A stretch of DNA of 64,000 nucleotides from Phoronis australis (lineage: Eukaryota; Animalia; Phoronida): NCBI GenBank assembly GCA_002633005.1, contig NMRA01000445.1, positions 126,471 through 190,470 of the forward strand. The letters run 5' to 3'. Positions 1 through 12,784 of the stretch are shown here, one piece after another. Made by a program: the position numbers and the translations under genes. The notes under the pieces are model-generated. The model saw only the letters and a list, made by a program, of their open reading frames with translations, was not told where the DNA came from and made no database searches. The number at the start of each line of letters is the position of its first letter. Within the stretch, counting starts at the first letter, position 1.

Positions 1-83
1 ACCAAAGTACTCAACCAAGGCTTACTAACACTGCAAGAGATGAATATTGAAGCATTTAAGCTGATGTGTTTTCTTTTCCAGAA

Positions 84-3000
84 ATGCACAAGTGCCATCT
101 AATCGTATTCATGTATGCGGGACTAAACGCACTACGTAAGTAACCAGCCCTACCTCAGTACACGCTTTTTCGTATACTGGTTTCACCTATTCTTTTTGTT
201 CACTTGCTAGAATTATCTCACTGGCTGAATGGGAATAGAGACTGATGCCCAATGAGATCCGACCGCGAGATGTCCTGCGCCGACCGAATATGAATTATGT
301 CAGATCTGATGAGCACGACATGTCCTGCGCCGACCGAGTATGCATTATGACAAATATGTGACTTAGATATATCAGACGTGCTTTAAGGATAAACAATTAT
401 CATTGCCGACGTTTTGGTGATGATTTACTTTCAGAAATCGTGTTGCCTCTCGTTTCCTTTTTCAGCTGTTTGTGATGCGGTTGGGTATTTCTGGGAAGAT
501 TGGGCGGCTTACTCCTCCTGTTCGAAGAAATGCGGCGGGGGAGTACAGTTTCGCACGAGAAAATGCAGCAAGTTGGACGATGCCACGTGCCCAGCAATTG
601 GTTACAAAGACAGTCGACTGTGTAACAGTCACGCTTGCCAGAGTGAGTGAATAGTAATCTTACATGTATGTCATCAACACGTATTCAAAAGTCCATTCAC
701 CATTTTGGTATCAGTGATTATGGTTAAGCTCTACGGACTTAAGTAATAAATAAAACTTAGAGACGCCGACCAAGGGGGGTCTTTAATTATAATTAGCGTA
801 ATCGGCATAATAAGCGCCCATGCAATTTTACACGTTGTTGTAATCTGTTAAGGCCAGCAGAAGGTGCACGGTATCTGCGTGCCAACTGCACTCAAATACT
901 TCCATGTTGTGATTTCGCGCGACAGAAACAGGGTCTAGCAACGGCTTCAGACTGTTGGGATATGTTTTTCGTGGTAGGAGTGACAGTGTGTGGTTGGAGT
1001 GATCAGGGTGTAGCCCGTAATAAGGCATTGAGAAAGAAGTCCAATCACAAAAACACAACACACTCAGTTGTATTTTCTCAACTGAGATTTGGACAAGTGA
1101 GATTTAATTACTGTTCTCTTATTTTGTCACTATTGCTGAAAAAGTCAATAATTAATGACATTTCAGTCAATGCGTTTTTTCTGCGAATCACAGGTGGTAC
1201 TGACACTGACATTGCAGTTGGTAATAACGAGGGAAGGCATATTCAGTGGCAACGTCAGATTTTCCCGACAACGTTCGCCTTCACAACCTCTATTCTACAT
1301 GTGCGGACTGTACTTGAAGACTTTCTCTATTCATTTCTCGAAAAGGTATACAATACAACGGAAAATTCATCATGGCCGCCTAGCCAGTACAGTCCATGAC
1401 TGTCTTTTCCGCCGCCGATTATTTCCGTTGGGATAATCATAATGAAAAGTCTAAAGCAACAATTCGCACACAATGGAAGTTCTGAAGGCAAAACTTTGTC
1501 GGGAAGTTCGATTCCATTAGGTAAAATATGTGCGACCGTCTTTGTGGCAAATTTACGTTAATGCGCGCGTGGCAACTGTAATTCAGGTACAAGGCACATG
1601 AATGAAAATGTCATCAATTATTCCTTTGTGTTCAGAAATAGAGACAAAAAGAGTGACTATGGAAAAATAAAAAGTATCCAGGCATAAGAATTACGTGCAA
1701 TCAGAAAATGGTTAAAACTCATGGGCCAACATGTAATTATGATGTTTGACTTAGCACTGAAAAAATGGGCTCGTTTTACAAGCATGCATACACGAGTCCG
1801 CGGTTTCGAGCGTGACATTTAAGTACGTATAGTAAACAAACCAAGCTAGCGCAATGTTAAAAGGAATGTTTAACATGACGTCGTTTTGAAGTCATTATGA
1901 CGTTCTAGACCCACAGTGTGAAGGCGTCATTCTTATTTCCGTGTCCAAATTGCGTTATCTACTGCTTTGACACGTCATCACCAAACGTCCGAATACAGAA
2001 GTATGGTAGAGTTTTCACTGCGTTTTGTCTTGCAATTAAATTCAGGGCTTGGAATGACCCATTACCAAAAAAAGGAAATTTTTACGGCCCTAAATACACA
2101 TTTCAATCTAAACCATAACTCAACAGATTGAAAGTAAACATTATTATCACCAGATGCACTGTTACTGTGTCGTGTTGGCAAAACGCACTCATCTTAAGCA
2201 GTACCCGACACCTATTTCAGCAACAACAATGAAAGCAATTAGATGCAACAAAAGATATTTTTTAAAATTAAAATAATAAATATAATGATGAAAATTTGAA
2301 GTTTGAGTAACAGGAGCTTATTCTTGATTTGCTGCAGGGAGACTTATGAAATTATTTTCAATTCTTATAGTTAAGATACAAAATTACAAAAAAGGAAAAT
2401 CGATACAAAGATTATCTAGCAAGCCTGAAATACATACACATTTAATTCCAACAAAAAATTAATTCCAACACAAATGGAAAAAAGTCGAGACGAAAACCTG
2501 TGGCTTATACCCCAACATACTTTAAACTACAGAATGCATCAATCACAATCCTAAGTTGGCCAAACTGTTCAGTTTCAAACAGTAATTACAGGACTTAATT
2601 GTTCATAAGCCACGCTGGTGTAGAAGAAACAATGTGACATAAGAAATAACTACCAGGACAATGAAACTAGGCTGGCGAAATTTGTAAACAATAGCTTAGA
2701 CCAATCAGATATCATTCAGAATCTGTCACGTGATCACTTCTCTCGAACTGCAAAACTCGAGTCACAAAATAGAACACGAAAGTCAAAGTAAATTGAATTA
2801 CATAAACGGCAATTTAACACACATTTGTAGTAACGAAAGTAGCACTTTGTATCCCGTTTCGGCGGCACGTAGAAAATCGCACTCAGGCGGTCAGCCCTAG
2901 CACTAGCAGCCAACGGCAACGGGCGTGCATGTGGGATCAAACAAAAGAATTTCATGCATCACTCACATCCCACGATTCCAATCCAACAAACAATCGGTTA

Positions 3001-6000
3001 CGGTTGAATTTCCTTTCAGGAAGCGTTATTATTTCTTGAGTGTTTCATCCGATCGTTTTCAGTCGGTCCCGGCTCCGACTCTAACTTAGTCGAAGGCGAC
3101 TCGGCCACGCACTCCGTCTCCTAATCGTTCCTCTCAGACTCTCAAAGTTTACAGAGAACAAACCTTGACTTATGTTATTTGTGAAGACATTGACCGTTTC
3201 TTTTACCCACTTTTTTCCAGAAAATATTCTGTCTACTCCACGCTCCACGCATTTTTGACCCAAGCACAGAATCGCACTATTTGTCACCGCGATTTTATAC
3301 CAAATGCAGACGCCAACCACGCTATCCCGGGCACAGGTGCTTGAATTTATTTGTTCCTCGATTGCCACTGACGTCACTCACAACTAAGAAAACATGTTTC
3401 TTATTATGTGGTTACGAGTCATCGGGAAATTCGAGCGCCTGTGATCTGCAATTACAATTTTCGAGCAGTTTCCGCTTTTCGAGTCGTCGGCAACGCCGGG
3501 GTGAGAAATCAATTTGCTGCGATACTTTTATGGCAAATAAGATTTTTCCGCGGAAACATAACGAAAATACGCGGAGGGAATAAAAGAAAAAAGCGGAAAT
3601 CCGTGTTTCCGCGGAAAATTCCAAGTCTTGCTTGCAATGCACACGTCACGTATGCGGCTTGAAGCTTTAATTCCACTTGACGCTGAAAATTTTACGACCA
3701 AAATAAAATGCGTCATTTCACATCAAAACTGCGACACAAGACCACACCAACTTCGGTTCTGTCTCGTATTTTTGTCCCTTTCACTTCTATCCTAATAGAA
3801 AGCGAGGCTCTGTATAAAAGCAAGAAAAGCAAACTTGAAAATTTCAGTTCCCTGCTGGCAAAACCCACAGCTGCTTGGGAATTTCTGGACTACAAGGTTA
3901 CCGGAAATCGCGGCAGATACCTCAGTCGCTAGGCAGAAACACAACTATGAGGCCGTCATCTTGAAGAAAAAAATTATTGACAGACTAACTAGAAGACTTT
4001 TCCCAAACCTGGCGTACCCCAAATAGGGACTGAAAAATTCCTCGCGACTCCAGCCTAACTGCACAGTGCCATCTATCGGGTTTAATATACTCTGCTGTGA
4101 CGCTTGTGCGCATGCGTTATCCAACCCCAACTCGTGTGTGTTGACCCTACCTCTGTTCCTACACCCCTCTCCACTCGGGGCTATACATAGCTGTGCTAAC
4201 ACTTTTCACGATACTAAAGTTTAATTAACCCAGCACACGTTAGTCCACGAAGTCATTGTTTGCTTCTCGAAAATTTTGTGCCGGGTTACGCACCATCAGT
4301 CTCAAACCCACTTAGGCTTTCTTTGTTCCCGGCGTTGCTGTACGTGTCACGAGGTTAACAATTGCTTCTCGGAAACCGTCAATCTGCACTTTGTTTTCGG
4401 CGTTTCAGAACGAGATGGTCACTGGTCAGCGTGGGCAAACCTCGGCTCTTGCAATGCAACATGCGGTTGGGGTTTCAGGAAATTGCAAAGATCTTGCTCA
4501 AACCCGGCGCCCGAGTACGGCGGTAAAGAATGTTCTGGAAAGAATTTGACGATTGAGCGATGCCAGGTGGCGCGGTTGTGCCAAACAAATGGTGCGTAAG
4601 CTACTTCAAGAAGCACACGCCGCTTAATTTGCACTCGATTTGAGCGTAGTTGTGCTTGACCTTATTAAGTAAATCAAAGTTTACGCAAACTAATTGCTGG
4701 AAAATTATTTCCTGCTTCGAACTTCAGATCCTGTTTTTCTCAAGTCATCCCTGTTTCTGATCTTGTGTTTACACTCCTTAAAGCTGCAATTCGCCCTATT
4801 TGGTTAAATTAGACTTTTTACTCCAAGAAAACCGGTGATTCTGTATTCATTCCCATATAGAACATCGAAACCTCCAGTGTAGCAAATAAAACGAGTTAAG
4901 CTTGATTAGGATTTGCTTAAGAATTCGAAAATGGCACACGTACGCAATGCCTGTGATTTATGTTGGTAAAACACAATGTTGTCAGGTAAGTTAAAGTGCA
5001 TTTTTTTCTACGCCGCACGCTACAAGATCTCACGGGCAATGTTGTTTTGTTAATGGCTAGAAGCCTAGTTTTTGTTGAAATCGGAAGGAAATGGCGCTGT
5101 GGTGGCCATTTTGCAAATTTTTGGTTTGCCAAGCCAGTCTCGAATTTAAGCTAAACACCAAATGGTGCTTTGGGTGACATTTTTTATTTGCCAAGCCCTA
5201 GCTCCGCTATCCTGGGTGGATTTTCTGGAATTTACTGGTGTGGACCGCTTTAGAAGTATCGGAATTTTGCCATCCACTGTTCTCTAGCACTTACCGTTGT
5301 CCAGTTATTCGAGATTTCCGATGACTACGCCTCAATTAATTTAATTTCCGTACCGTATCTACGGCGTCCCATGACGGATCTTCTTGAAATTCGGCGTAAA
5401 GTGGATACCTGTCGATCTTCAAAAGCACTATCTGCATTGTGCTATCAGTTTCACGCTCCAACTTATCGTTTTCGAGTTATTGAAATTTCAAGTTGGTCAG
5501 GTGAACGTTCTTTTACTGACCAATTCGTCGTTGCACTTCGGCTGGTCAAAATGACTCGCGACACAAGCCGCGTTTCTGGATCAACGTGGAATTTACACAC
5601 TTCGCGTCTTTGGTGAAAAGCTCGAGCTATGTTGTCTTTGGACGAATAGCCTTCTTGGAATAATCGCTTGGGACACTCTAATTTTGCGGTTGTTGAAGAG
5701 AATCTCAGAATTTTGTTGTGACTAAAGATAAGTCTTCCCAACACTGTAGTGCGTGATCAGTTTTTCACCACAACCCCCGTTCCTACGTTATTGGAGATTT
5801 TCTGATTTGGTGAGAGCCCTTTCATTGATTGATTCTTCAATGCTATTTTGTTGTTTTGACGCTGGTGACATGGGTGTCGGGATCGGTTGTTGCTGTTCTT
5901 GGTTTCGTCGTGAATCGCACTCAACAGGTTTTCATTCCTTTTATCCAAGTGTCTCGCCCCTAGGAGCACTTTCTGGTTACTGTTAATCGTCTGGTAAGTT

Positions 6001-8883
6001 TGTTTGTAGGATTACACGCTAAATTTTAAACAGATTTGCTTAAAATTTGTTCAGGATTTCTACCATGATGATTATACATGTAGATATCTATGAATTTATT
6101 TTTTATTGGGAATCTGAGGAAAAACGGTCGAGTTGGGTGACAGCGTTCAAATGTTGAGTCTGATAGGTTTCCAAATGACCGGATGTAGCTAAGTTGACCT
6201 ACGTGAACGGCTGTTTGGCAGGGAAACACCGGTATTAACTAAATAGAACTTATTGTCTAAACTATATGAGTAGGTATTTACTAAAATGTGTCTGAATTTC
6301 TGTGCAAAGTCGTCTTGATAAAATCGCAATGGTTCTAAATAGGTTTAATCTGAAGCATCAACTTAACGCTGTTCGGGCAGCGCATTTACATGTAGTTAAG
6401 CTGCTGGTGATAAAGTCTCTTTTTTCCGGTATCTTTCTTCATATCCAGACTGCTCTTTGGTGCTCAATTTTAAAAGGCACGGAACGCGAAAGCTCGTCAA
6501 ACATATTTTTCAAACAACCATCTCGCAACGCCTACTACATGATCATCCAATTTCCCCTGTGAGGGAATTTCCAGAAAAAAATTGCAAAATTCACGATTTT
6601 TGAAATACGTGCGAAGGAAAAATTCTGTAATCTCCCTGCCACTTAGATAAATGCGCGCATGCGCTCACAGTCATTCGACAAACATCTGACTGACAACTGA
6701 AATGGATATGAACGGCAGATTATCATGTTTGATCACACTATGTATCTGAGGTCGACGACACAATATGAGGCATACCAGTGAAGCAAGTAATTTTCCAAAA
6801 AACAATGCCAAGTGCACTTTAGAATATATTTCAATAGTACGATACATTTATAACTAATTTTAAACAGTTAGGACTTACATGAATTACCTCATAATCGATC
6901 TAGCTGCAGCTATTGTTTTGTTTTCATCAAAGGCCTTGCCGTGCCAAATAAGGAGACGTGGGAGAAAAATCGACGAAATAACGAGCAGTTAACTGGTCGC
7001 TTTTTGAAATTTGAAACTAAAAGGAAAAAGCTTTGACATCTACAGAAATTCAAAATCTTTACGAACAAACAATAAAAAACCCAATGAGGAGGTTGAATTC
7101 TGTTTCGGTGGCAGATAACCAGTCTGAATAATGAAATTTAGTCTGTTTTTCGCGTTCCGGGCCTTTTTAATATACTTTCAATATTTTACGTGATAACATA
7201 GCAATAAAGATTTGAACGAATTACGAAAAGCGTTGCGTTTGTTCAGAGTTTTCATTAATGTGGTCATCACCGATGTCTTGGTCTGGGGTGAGACGTCAGT
7301 GTTCATGTTTTCGTTGTCAACCTATATTATAACTTCTTCTTTCGAGTTCTCCACAGCGCATTCATTGTTGTTATTAGTCATAAAAACAGGGCGAATTGTA
7401 GCTTTTGAATTATAAAGCTATCACCTTTACTGACTTACAAGGAAGTTGAGTATCGTTATGAAACACTTTTTCATTGACATGCCACTTTTTTAATGATAAA
7501 GTTATGGTGAACCTGGTTGCTTTTTGTAGAGTATGTAGCGCCATCTGGTGTTAGATCCCGAGTCCTCTCAAGAAAAGCATATTGGACCGAAAGTAAACTA
7601 TACAATCACAAACTCATAACGTCTCGCACAAAACTTTCTTTCAGCGCCTAATAGCGCCGTTCTTGGACCCAACCCACTTAACCCCATTATCTTGACCCGA
7701 GTCATCCATCCATACGAAGGCGGCGCGTCGTTTGTACGTGGTGGATAAAAACGTTTTTTAGTTCCTAGTTGAAGATACCAAAAACGAAAGCGATTCGGTT
7801 AAAAATTCAACAATGACAACTAACCAGTGAGCGACAAAATGCAACTTCATATATTAAAAATTGGTGGTCATAGCCTCTTCAAAATGCTTCAGGCAAGATA
7901 CTAACAATTTTATTTTATTTTGTTTTCTAGTGGAGCGTGAAACGAACGAGTTTACGCGCCGAACAGATGAGAAGCAGCAGAAAGTTATTAGCAACTTTTT
8001 CATCTTTGTTTTGGTTACGATTGTCTTGACTGTTGGTGTTTGTCTAGTGTACAGACACCTGCGCAAGAAAGACATCCGTATGCTCTATCTGTCAGACCGT
8101 GACTACGACGACATCTTTGAACGCCCTTTGAACTACAACCCCGAGAAACCACGGAGGTCTTTGGATTACTATCTTTCGGTGTTGGAAGAAAGAAAAAACA
8201 CTCAGAAAAACGAAACAAGTGCTCCTCCCATCCGCGAGCACGAGACTGGAACCAGAGGCTCCATTGCTGCCAGGTTTGGCATTTCCTACGACAACATCAA
8301 GAGGCATGCGCAAAATGCCTGGGTTAAACTGAGCAGGCCCATACAGAGTCGCTCACACGTTATAAATCTGTCGAGGTTGATCCGTCACCGAAGCACGACC
8401 TCATCGCATAAACACGTGCATTTTCGCCATACCGTCTGTGAGTCAAAGGTCGACGAAGAAGCAGTCGATGGTAAGCTGGCAACTGATCACCGTATCGGTG
8501 ATGAAGACAATGGAATAAAGAGAACGAGAAGTGACGGAAAAGAAGACGAATATTATTGTGCAGAAGATTGTTTGTCCTACACGCCCACGTCTGTCGACAA
8601 ACTGAGCATGAATAAAGGAGACAGTGTGATCGAAGGTGTTCCTATGGAAAATGTACCAAGTTCTTGCCAAGCAAGCAAATCATCTGAGCCATCGGATTTT
8701 CAGGGAAGTGGCTCAGACGAAACTACATTTGATGACGAATCCATCTTTGCTGACGTTCAGCCAACAATGTCCAACTCATCTATTGGTTTATTAGATTCGT
8801 CGACAGAGTTGGTGAGCAACGATGACAGACCGTTGGCTGAATACGTCAATGACTCAGATTCGGGGTCCTTAGTATCGGAATGA
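84..8883 (+). CDS. Type-I transmembrane protein with signal peptide, two thrombospondin type-1 repeats, TM helix and ~280-aa cytoplasmic tail (454 aa, 4 coding exons)
   Basis: Exons 84-135, 466-642, 4409-4591 and 7931-8883 are joined by phase-1 GT-AG introns, total 1365 nt in frame. The N-terminus MHKCHLIVFMYAGLNALPVCDA is signal-like. TSR1 reads WEDWAAYSSCSKKCGGGVQFRTRKC and TSR2 reads WSAWANLGSCNATCGWGFRKLQRSCSNPAPEYGGKEC. TM segment FFIFVLVTIVLTVGVCLVY is followed by RHLRKK. An acceptor at 80-81 implies an upstream UTR exon outside the window. Additional small exons cannot be excluded. Confidence 0.8.
255..356. repeat. Two-copy tandem duplication, ~50-bp period, intronic
   Basis: ATGTCCTGCGCCGACCGA.TATG.ATTATG occurs at ~270 and ~320. 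Confidence 0.7.
2043..3630. mobile_element. Putative non-autonomous hAT-like DNA element in intron 2 of the TSP1 gene
   Basis: Termini CAGGGCTTGGAAT (2043) and ATTCCAAGTCTTG (3630) match 11/13 as an inverted repeat. A subterminal inverted pair TTTTCCGCGGAAACA / TGTTTCCGCGGAAAA lies at 3544-3618. The 8-mer CTTGCAAT lies at 3631-3638 and 2029-2036, the latter 6 bp from the left TIR. Confidence 0.45.
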
Positions 8884-9917
8884 AATTGATCCAGAAGTTG
8901 CCTTTGGCATTTTTAAATGTGCTGTAAAGCCGGCCACCTCTTGTAAAAAACTAACCTTTGATTTAGGCCATTTATCATTCTAAAGCTTGTCTCAAGTTGC
9001 ACCTTACTCAAAATAGACTATGACACGGTACGTTTTACTGACGCGGAATTTGAAACCGGGGAGCACTGCTCAAGGGACTGCGGTTCAGAAATTCAGTGAA
9101 CTTCTCTCTGGGTAAGATCTGCCTAATTGTTTAAGCTTTGAAACATGGTGACTGTAATAGTATCGTCTGTAAATATCCAAGATCAGCGGTTTATTAGAAT
9201 CTGGCTTGTGGCGTCAAGTCAAAAGAAGCAAATTTGCTCAGAATCGGTAAGGGCAAAGAGTTGTGGCAGCCATTGTCATCACTGTTGCTTTGAAGGCTTC
9301 AGTAAATCATGGTGTGCATTAAATGTACGTGCAGCATTGTTTAGGTAATGCGATTATTACCCTGGGACATTTTAACGTTTAGTGAATAGTAAAATGTAGA
9401 CCCCCTGTTGGCTACTAATGAGGTGTACTTTTCCTGGTTTCATAACGGTGATCTTAATAAAGACATGGCCCACATAAACCGCTACCTTTAACCCTTCCTA
9501 GTCCCACTGCATTTTTTCATTTTCTCTCATTTCTCTAAGTTGGTATAAACGAGCGTTTCGTACAAATACCACGTATCTTCACGTGAAGAAAAGCATCGAC
9601 TAAGGGTCGAATGTCAGTGTTTTTTTCTATAATATAAATTATACGGGACTTAAGTGTTTTATTTGCTTCTACATTATGTAGTTTCACGGGTTGGTTTCAT
9701 TGTGCTTAAAAGTCAGATGTCCACAACCATTGCAGATACCCACAAATTTCTAACCCTGATATGACTCACGGACGGAGATTAGTCCTAGGGATCGTGATCG
9801 CTCTAACAACTAAAGAATGAGCTAGGGATTTTGTTGAAGTGCCGACAGTGAATTTATGATTGTTTTTGTCTTCTAGTTTTCATTGCTTAAACTGCTAATT
9901 AATAACATAAGTGCATT

Positions 9918-10057
9918 CATGGGCGGCAAACCGTAGGGAACTGGGGGCCCTCTCTTATTTCAGTGCTGCCCCGCCCACGGGTCACATGGGCGGCACACCA
10001 TAGGGGGCTGAGGGGGCTATATTCCCCCTCACATATTTCAGTGCTGCGCCTCCCATG
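9918..10057 (+). mobile_element. Dimeric G-rich MITE-like element (CATGGGCGG...CCGCCCATG family), copy 1
   Basis: Two tandem ~65-75-bp units, each bounded by CATGGGCGGC / GCCGCCCATG-like inverted repeats. Flanks GCATT / ACATT. Homologous copies at 12249 and 52585. Confidence 0.65.
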
Positions 10058-12248
10058 ACATTAAACGAGGAAAGAGGCAGTCCCTCCTAGATTCGAGTAA
10101 AAATTATAGGTAGTGCGAACAACTAACAAGAAAATTAGGGTAGTACTATATCCAGTTGAAAAATACAAGGGAAAGTTCTACAGAAGTCGCATCTAGAGTG
10201 TAATGTATGGAAAGCCAAAGGCGAATTAGTTTAAAAATAGAACTCAACGTCTACTATTCAGGCGGGTAAGTGCAGTATATGTGCGACGAAAAGGTTCAAA
10301 ATGAACAACACTGATAGATGGAATTCTCAATTGACCTGCTCATTCATCAAGACATGCGTGGGTTCAAACAATCAAGAATGTGAAAAGAGATAAACAAAAC
10401 AACATCATTGAAATTTAATTAACATAATATAAATCTGAATTGGTATGCTTGTTAAGTATTGTTTGTGAAGAATTATCATCCAGCAGTGTCAATATGGCCA
10501 TTATATATATATACGGGTATTTTCGCCGAAAAACCATCTGGGGAAAGCATTTTTTGTGATTCGGGAAGTTCTCTAACTTTTGTGGATTAGACTAACAAAC
10601 GTGATTTTTAGGACTATCTAAATCCACCGTTGGTCAAGGTTCAAAAAGTGAAGGCGATCGTAATCGCGAGTTTCTTCAGTTTTAACGGTATAAAGCCTAA
10701 CCCTGCAATGCGCCAGACTTTACGTCAACACCGACGTCTTATTCTCATCTGACAATATCTTCAGGGCGGTCCCCACACTCCCGAGAGAGACCTTCACTCC
10801 CAGGAGTCTCCCCAGCCAGATGCCGACAGCCTGAGTCCGTCCTTTGTGCGCATGTCCTCTAGAATTAGCGAAATATCTCTTACCATAAAGAAAATCCTGC
10901 ACCCCAACATGTAGAAAATCCCATATATGTGACGACTCAATATGGTAAGAGTTCCTTCCTTAGAGTTCAGTGAATTTGATACGTCAATTTGAAATTCGGT
11001 ACAATTGTGAGTATTCTCCCATGTATGATTTTTGTTAACATGTAATATACACAATGTTGGACCTGTCGCCGGGTGGCAGCCATAATTCTATACAAGGGGA
11101 AATCGTTCGAGAGAGTTCTGCTAAGTCCGCGCCGCCTATGGATAGCTGTACGTGTTTCAGTGCACGTTGTCGTATAGGTTAGGCAACAATTAATCGGCTG
11201 CTCGGCAACCCTACTCTTACAAAAGGCCTTTGAAAAACCGTAGCTCCTGTTAGACGCAGAGGCAGCGTACATGCATACTCCTTGCTTTGGCCCTTTGCCC
11301 AGTCGCCACAAATTTTGCCCGGCTACTTCTCCACCACTGAACTTTCTTGTACTACCCCGTAGTCAAACTTTTTGACAACTGAGAGAAATGTTTAATAGAC
11401 AACAATATGATTTTGACATTGATGTTCATGCGAAAAACTGCCAGCTTTTCAGGAAAAAGCATAGCACATCAAAAGGAAAAAAAACGTAAAAACTCATTGG
11501 TTGACATGTGCGTTAACCCCACCGACAGCGACACCATGAGAAACGTACAAGAGGACCCTTGCGAGCCGATCGCCTACCCTGGTGGCGGCCCGGTTGGAAA
11601 AGGAGTTTTTAATTTGTTTGCTCTTGGTAAATTGCACTTAAAACCAGTTAATCAACCACAATACGCAGATGAACCTTTAATTTACTGTAGAGTTCAAATT
11701 CCATTGGCGAATGCTCTAAGCTGGTCTATTTGTGAGCTCAGTGTTTATCAGGTCCCGTGCCTTGTAACACAATAAATTATGCACTCTAATTGTTTCATCA
11801 CACGAGACTTTACATATTATAAATCAACATAGGACTGAATGCGTCGGTATGTGTTTGCGTGGGTGGTGACACCAACTTGAAGAGAATCTTCACTCCCCAA
11901 TGTCGCCCAAGATAGGCCTAGTAGGCCTACGTCACAGAGGGGTGGCCAGAAATACGTTTGAATTAAATAGTGTGATTTTTGTTCTTGATAGAAAGTGATT
12001 CAGCACAAATGAAGTGAATTGTTATCATAAACTGACAAGTTTAAATTGGAATTTAGGGTTAATTCCATAGCCTACTCATGACTGCTGGCAGCGACGTGTT
12101 GCCGCCGGGCACGTTCACTCACCGAATTGCTCATGATAACTAACGTGAACGTATCTGTTTAAATGGCATCTTTCCAAGCTAAAGTTCTGTGGGCATCACC
12201 TAGAAAGCTTAAGCTTGACGGTGTAGGACTATCGGCGGTACCGCATAG

Positions 12249-12392
12249 CATGGGCGGGGCACTGAAACACTGTGACTAAAAAAAGGGGCGGGGGGCACCC
12301 CTGTGGTGCACCGCCCATAGACCATGGTCGGCGCAGCGCTGAAAATCGTGTGAGAGGCTGTACTGAGCCCCCAGCATGGTGCGCCGCCCATA
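12249..12392 (-). mobile_element. Dimeric G-rich MITE-like element, copy 2 (inverted), upstream of SSR2 promoter
   Basis: The reverse complement reads ATGGGCGGCGCACCATG..GGGGGCT..TTTCAGCGCTGCGCCGACCATG-GTC-TATGGGCGGTGCACC..TTTCAGTGCCCCGCCCATG, the same architecture as copies 1 and 3. Confidence 0.65.
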
Positions 12393-12699
12393 TAGCCATG
12401 ACCACTGCCGCTGGCTGCGGCACTCAAGCAACTCGGTCAGTGCTAGCTACGCCACTGAGGCCGGGCCGGACTAGTCCGTACGTCGCTCCCTACTATACAT
12501 ACTTAAGAAAAAAAACAAAGTCATTAGCGCTGTACAAAGTACGTTGTGCTTCATTGGACATTTTAGTACACACTCTACTGAAGATAACCCAAGTTTTCGT
12601 ACTTCCAAGCTCCTCTGTCGCTGCACAGTTACGGTCAACCTACTAAGCCAGTTGGGTAAGCTCGCGTCAGTTGCAGACAGCTGTGACTCTTTCATCATA

Positions 12700-12784
12700 C
12701 ACCAGGGGTCGCGAGAATGTATTACCCACAATGCAGCTCATAAACCCTTTTCCGTTTTGCCACATTTACAGCGAACCGGTGAGT
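12700..12784 (+). promoter_or_regulatory. Probable SSR2 promoter and non-coding first exon
   Basis: TCGCGAGA (12709-12716); ZNF143/STAF-like TTACCCACAATGCA (12722-12735); pyrimidine tract CCCTTTTCC (~12745); donor CG|GTGAGT at 12779; YY1-like AAAATGGCTGCC at ~13085 in intron 1. Confidence 0.55.

Noticed and set aside
962-1436. Overlapping 145-aa and 93-aa ORFs in TSP1-gene intron 2
   Set aside because: No recognisable motif and no phase-1-compatible exon that fits the gene model.
5300-6000. Possible decayed hAT/TTF-zinc-finger transposase on the minus strand (KRLFQ..YSSKD..NWS)
   Set aside because: Similarity is too weak and the key Cys/Trp/His residues are missing; it cannot be supported without an HMM search.
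9918-12392. One 2.5-kb transposon bounded by the two inverted dimeric elements
   Set aside because: No shared outer TSD or internal coding remnant; copy 1 has its own TSD-like flanks and copy 3 stands alone.
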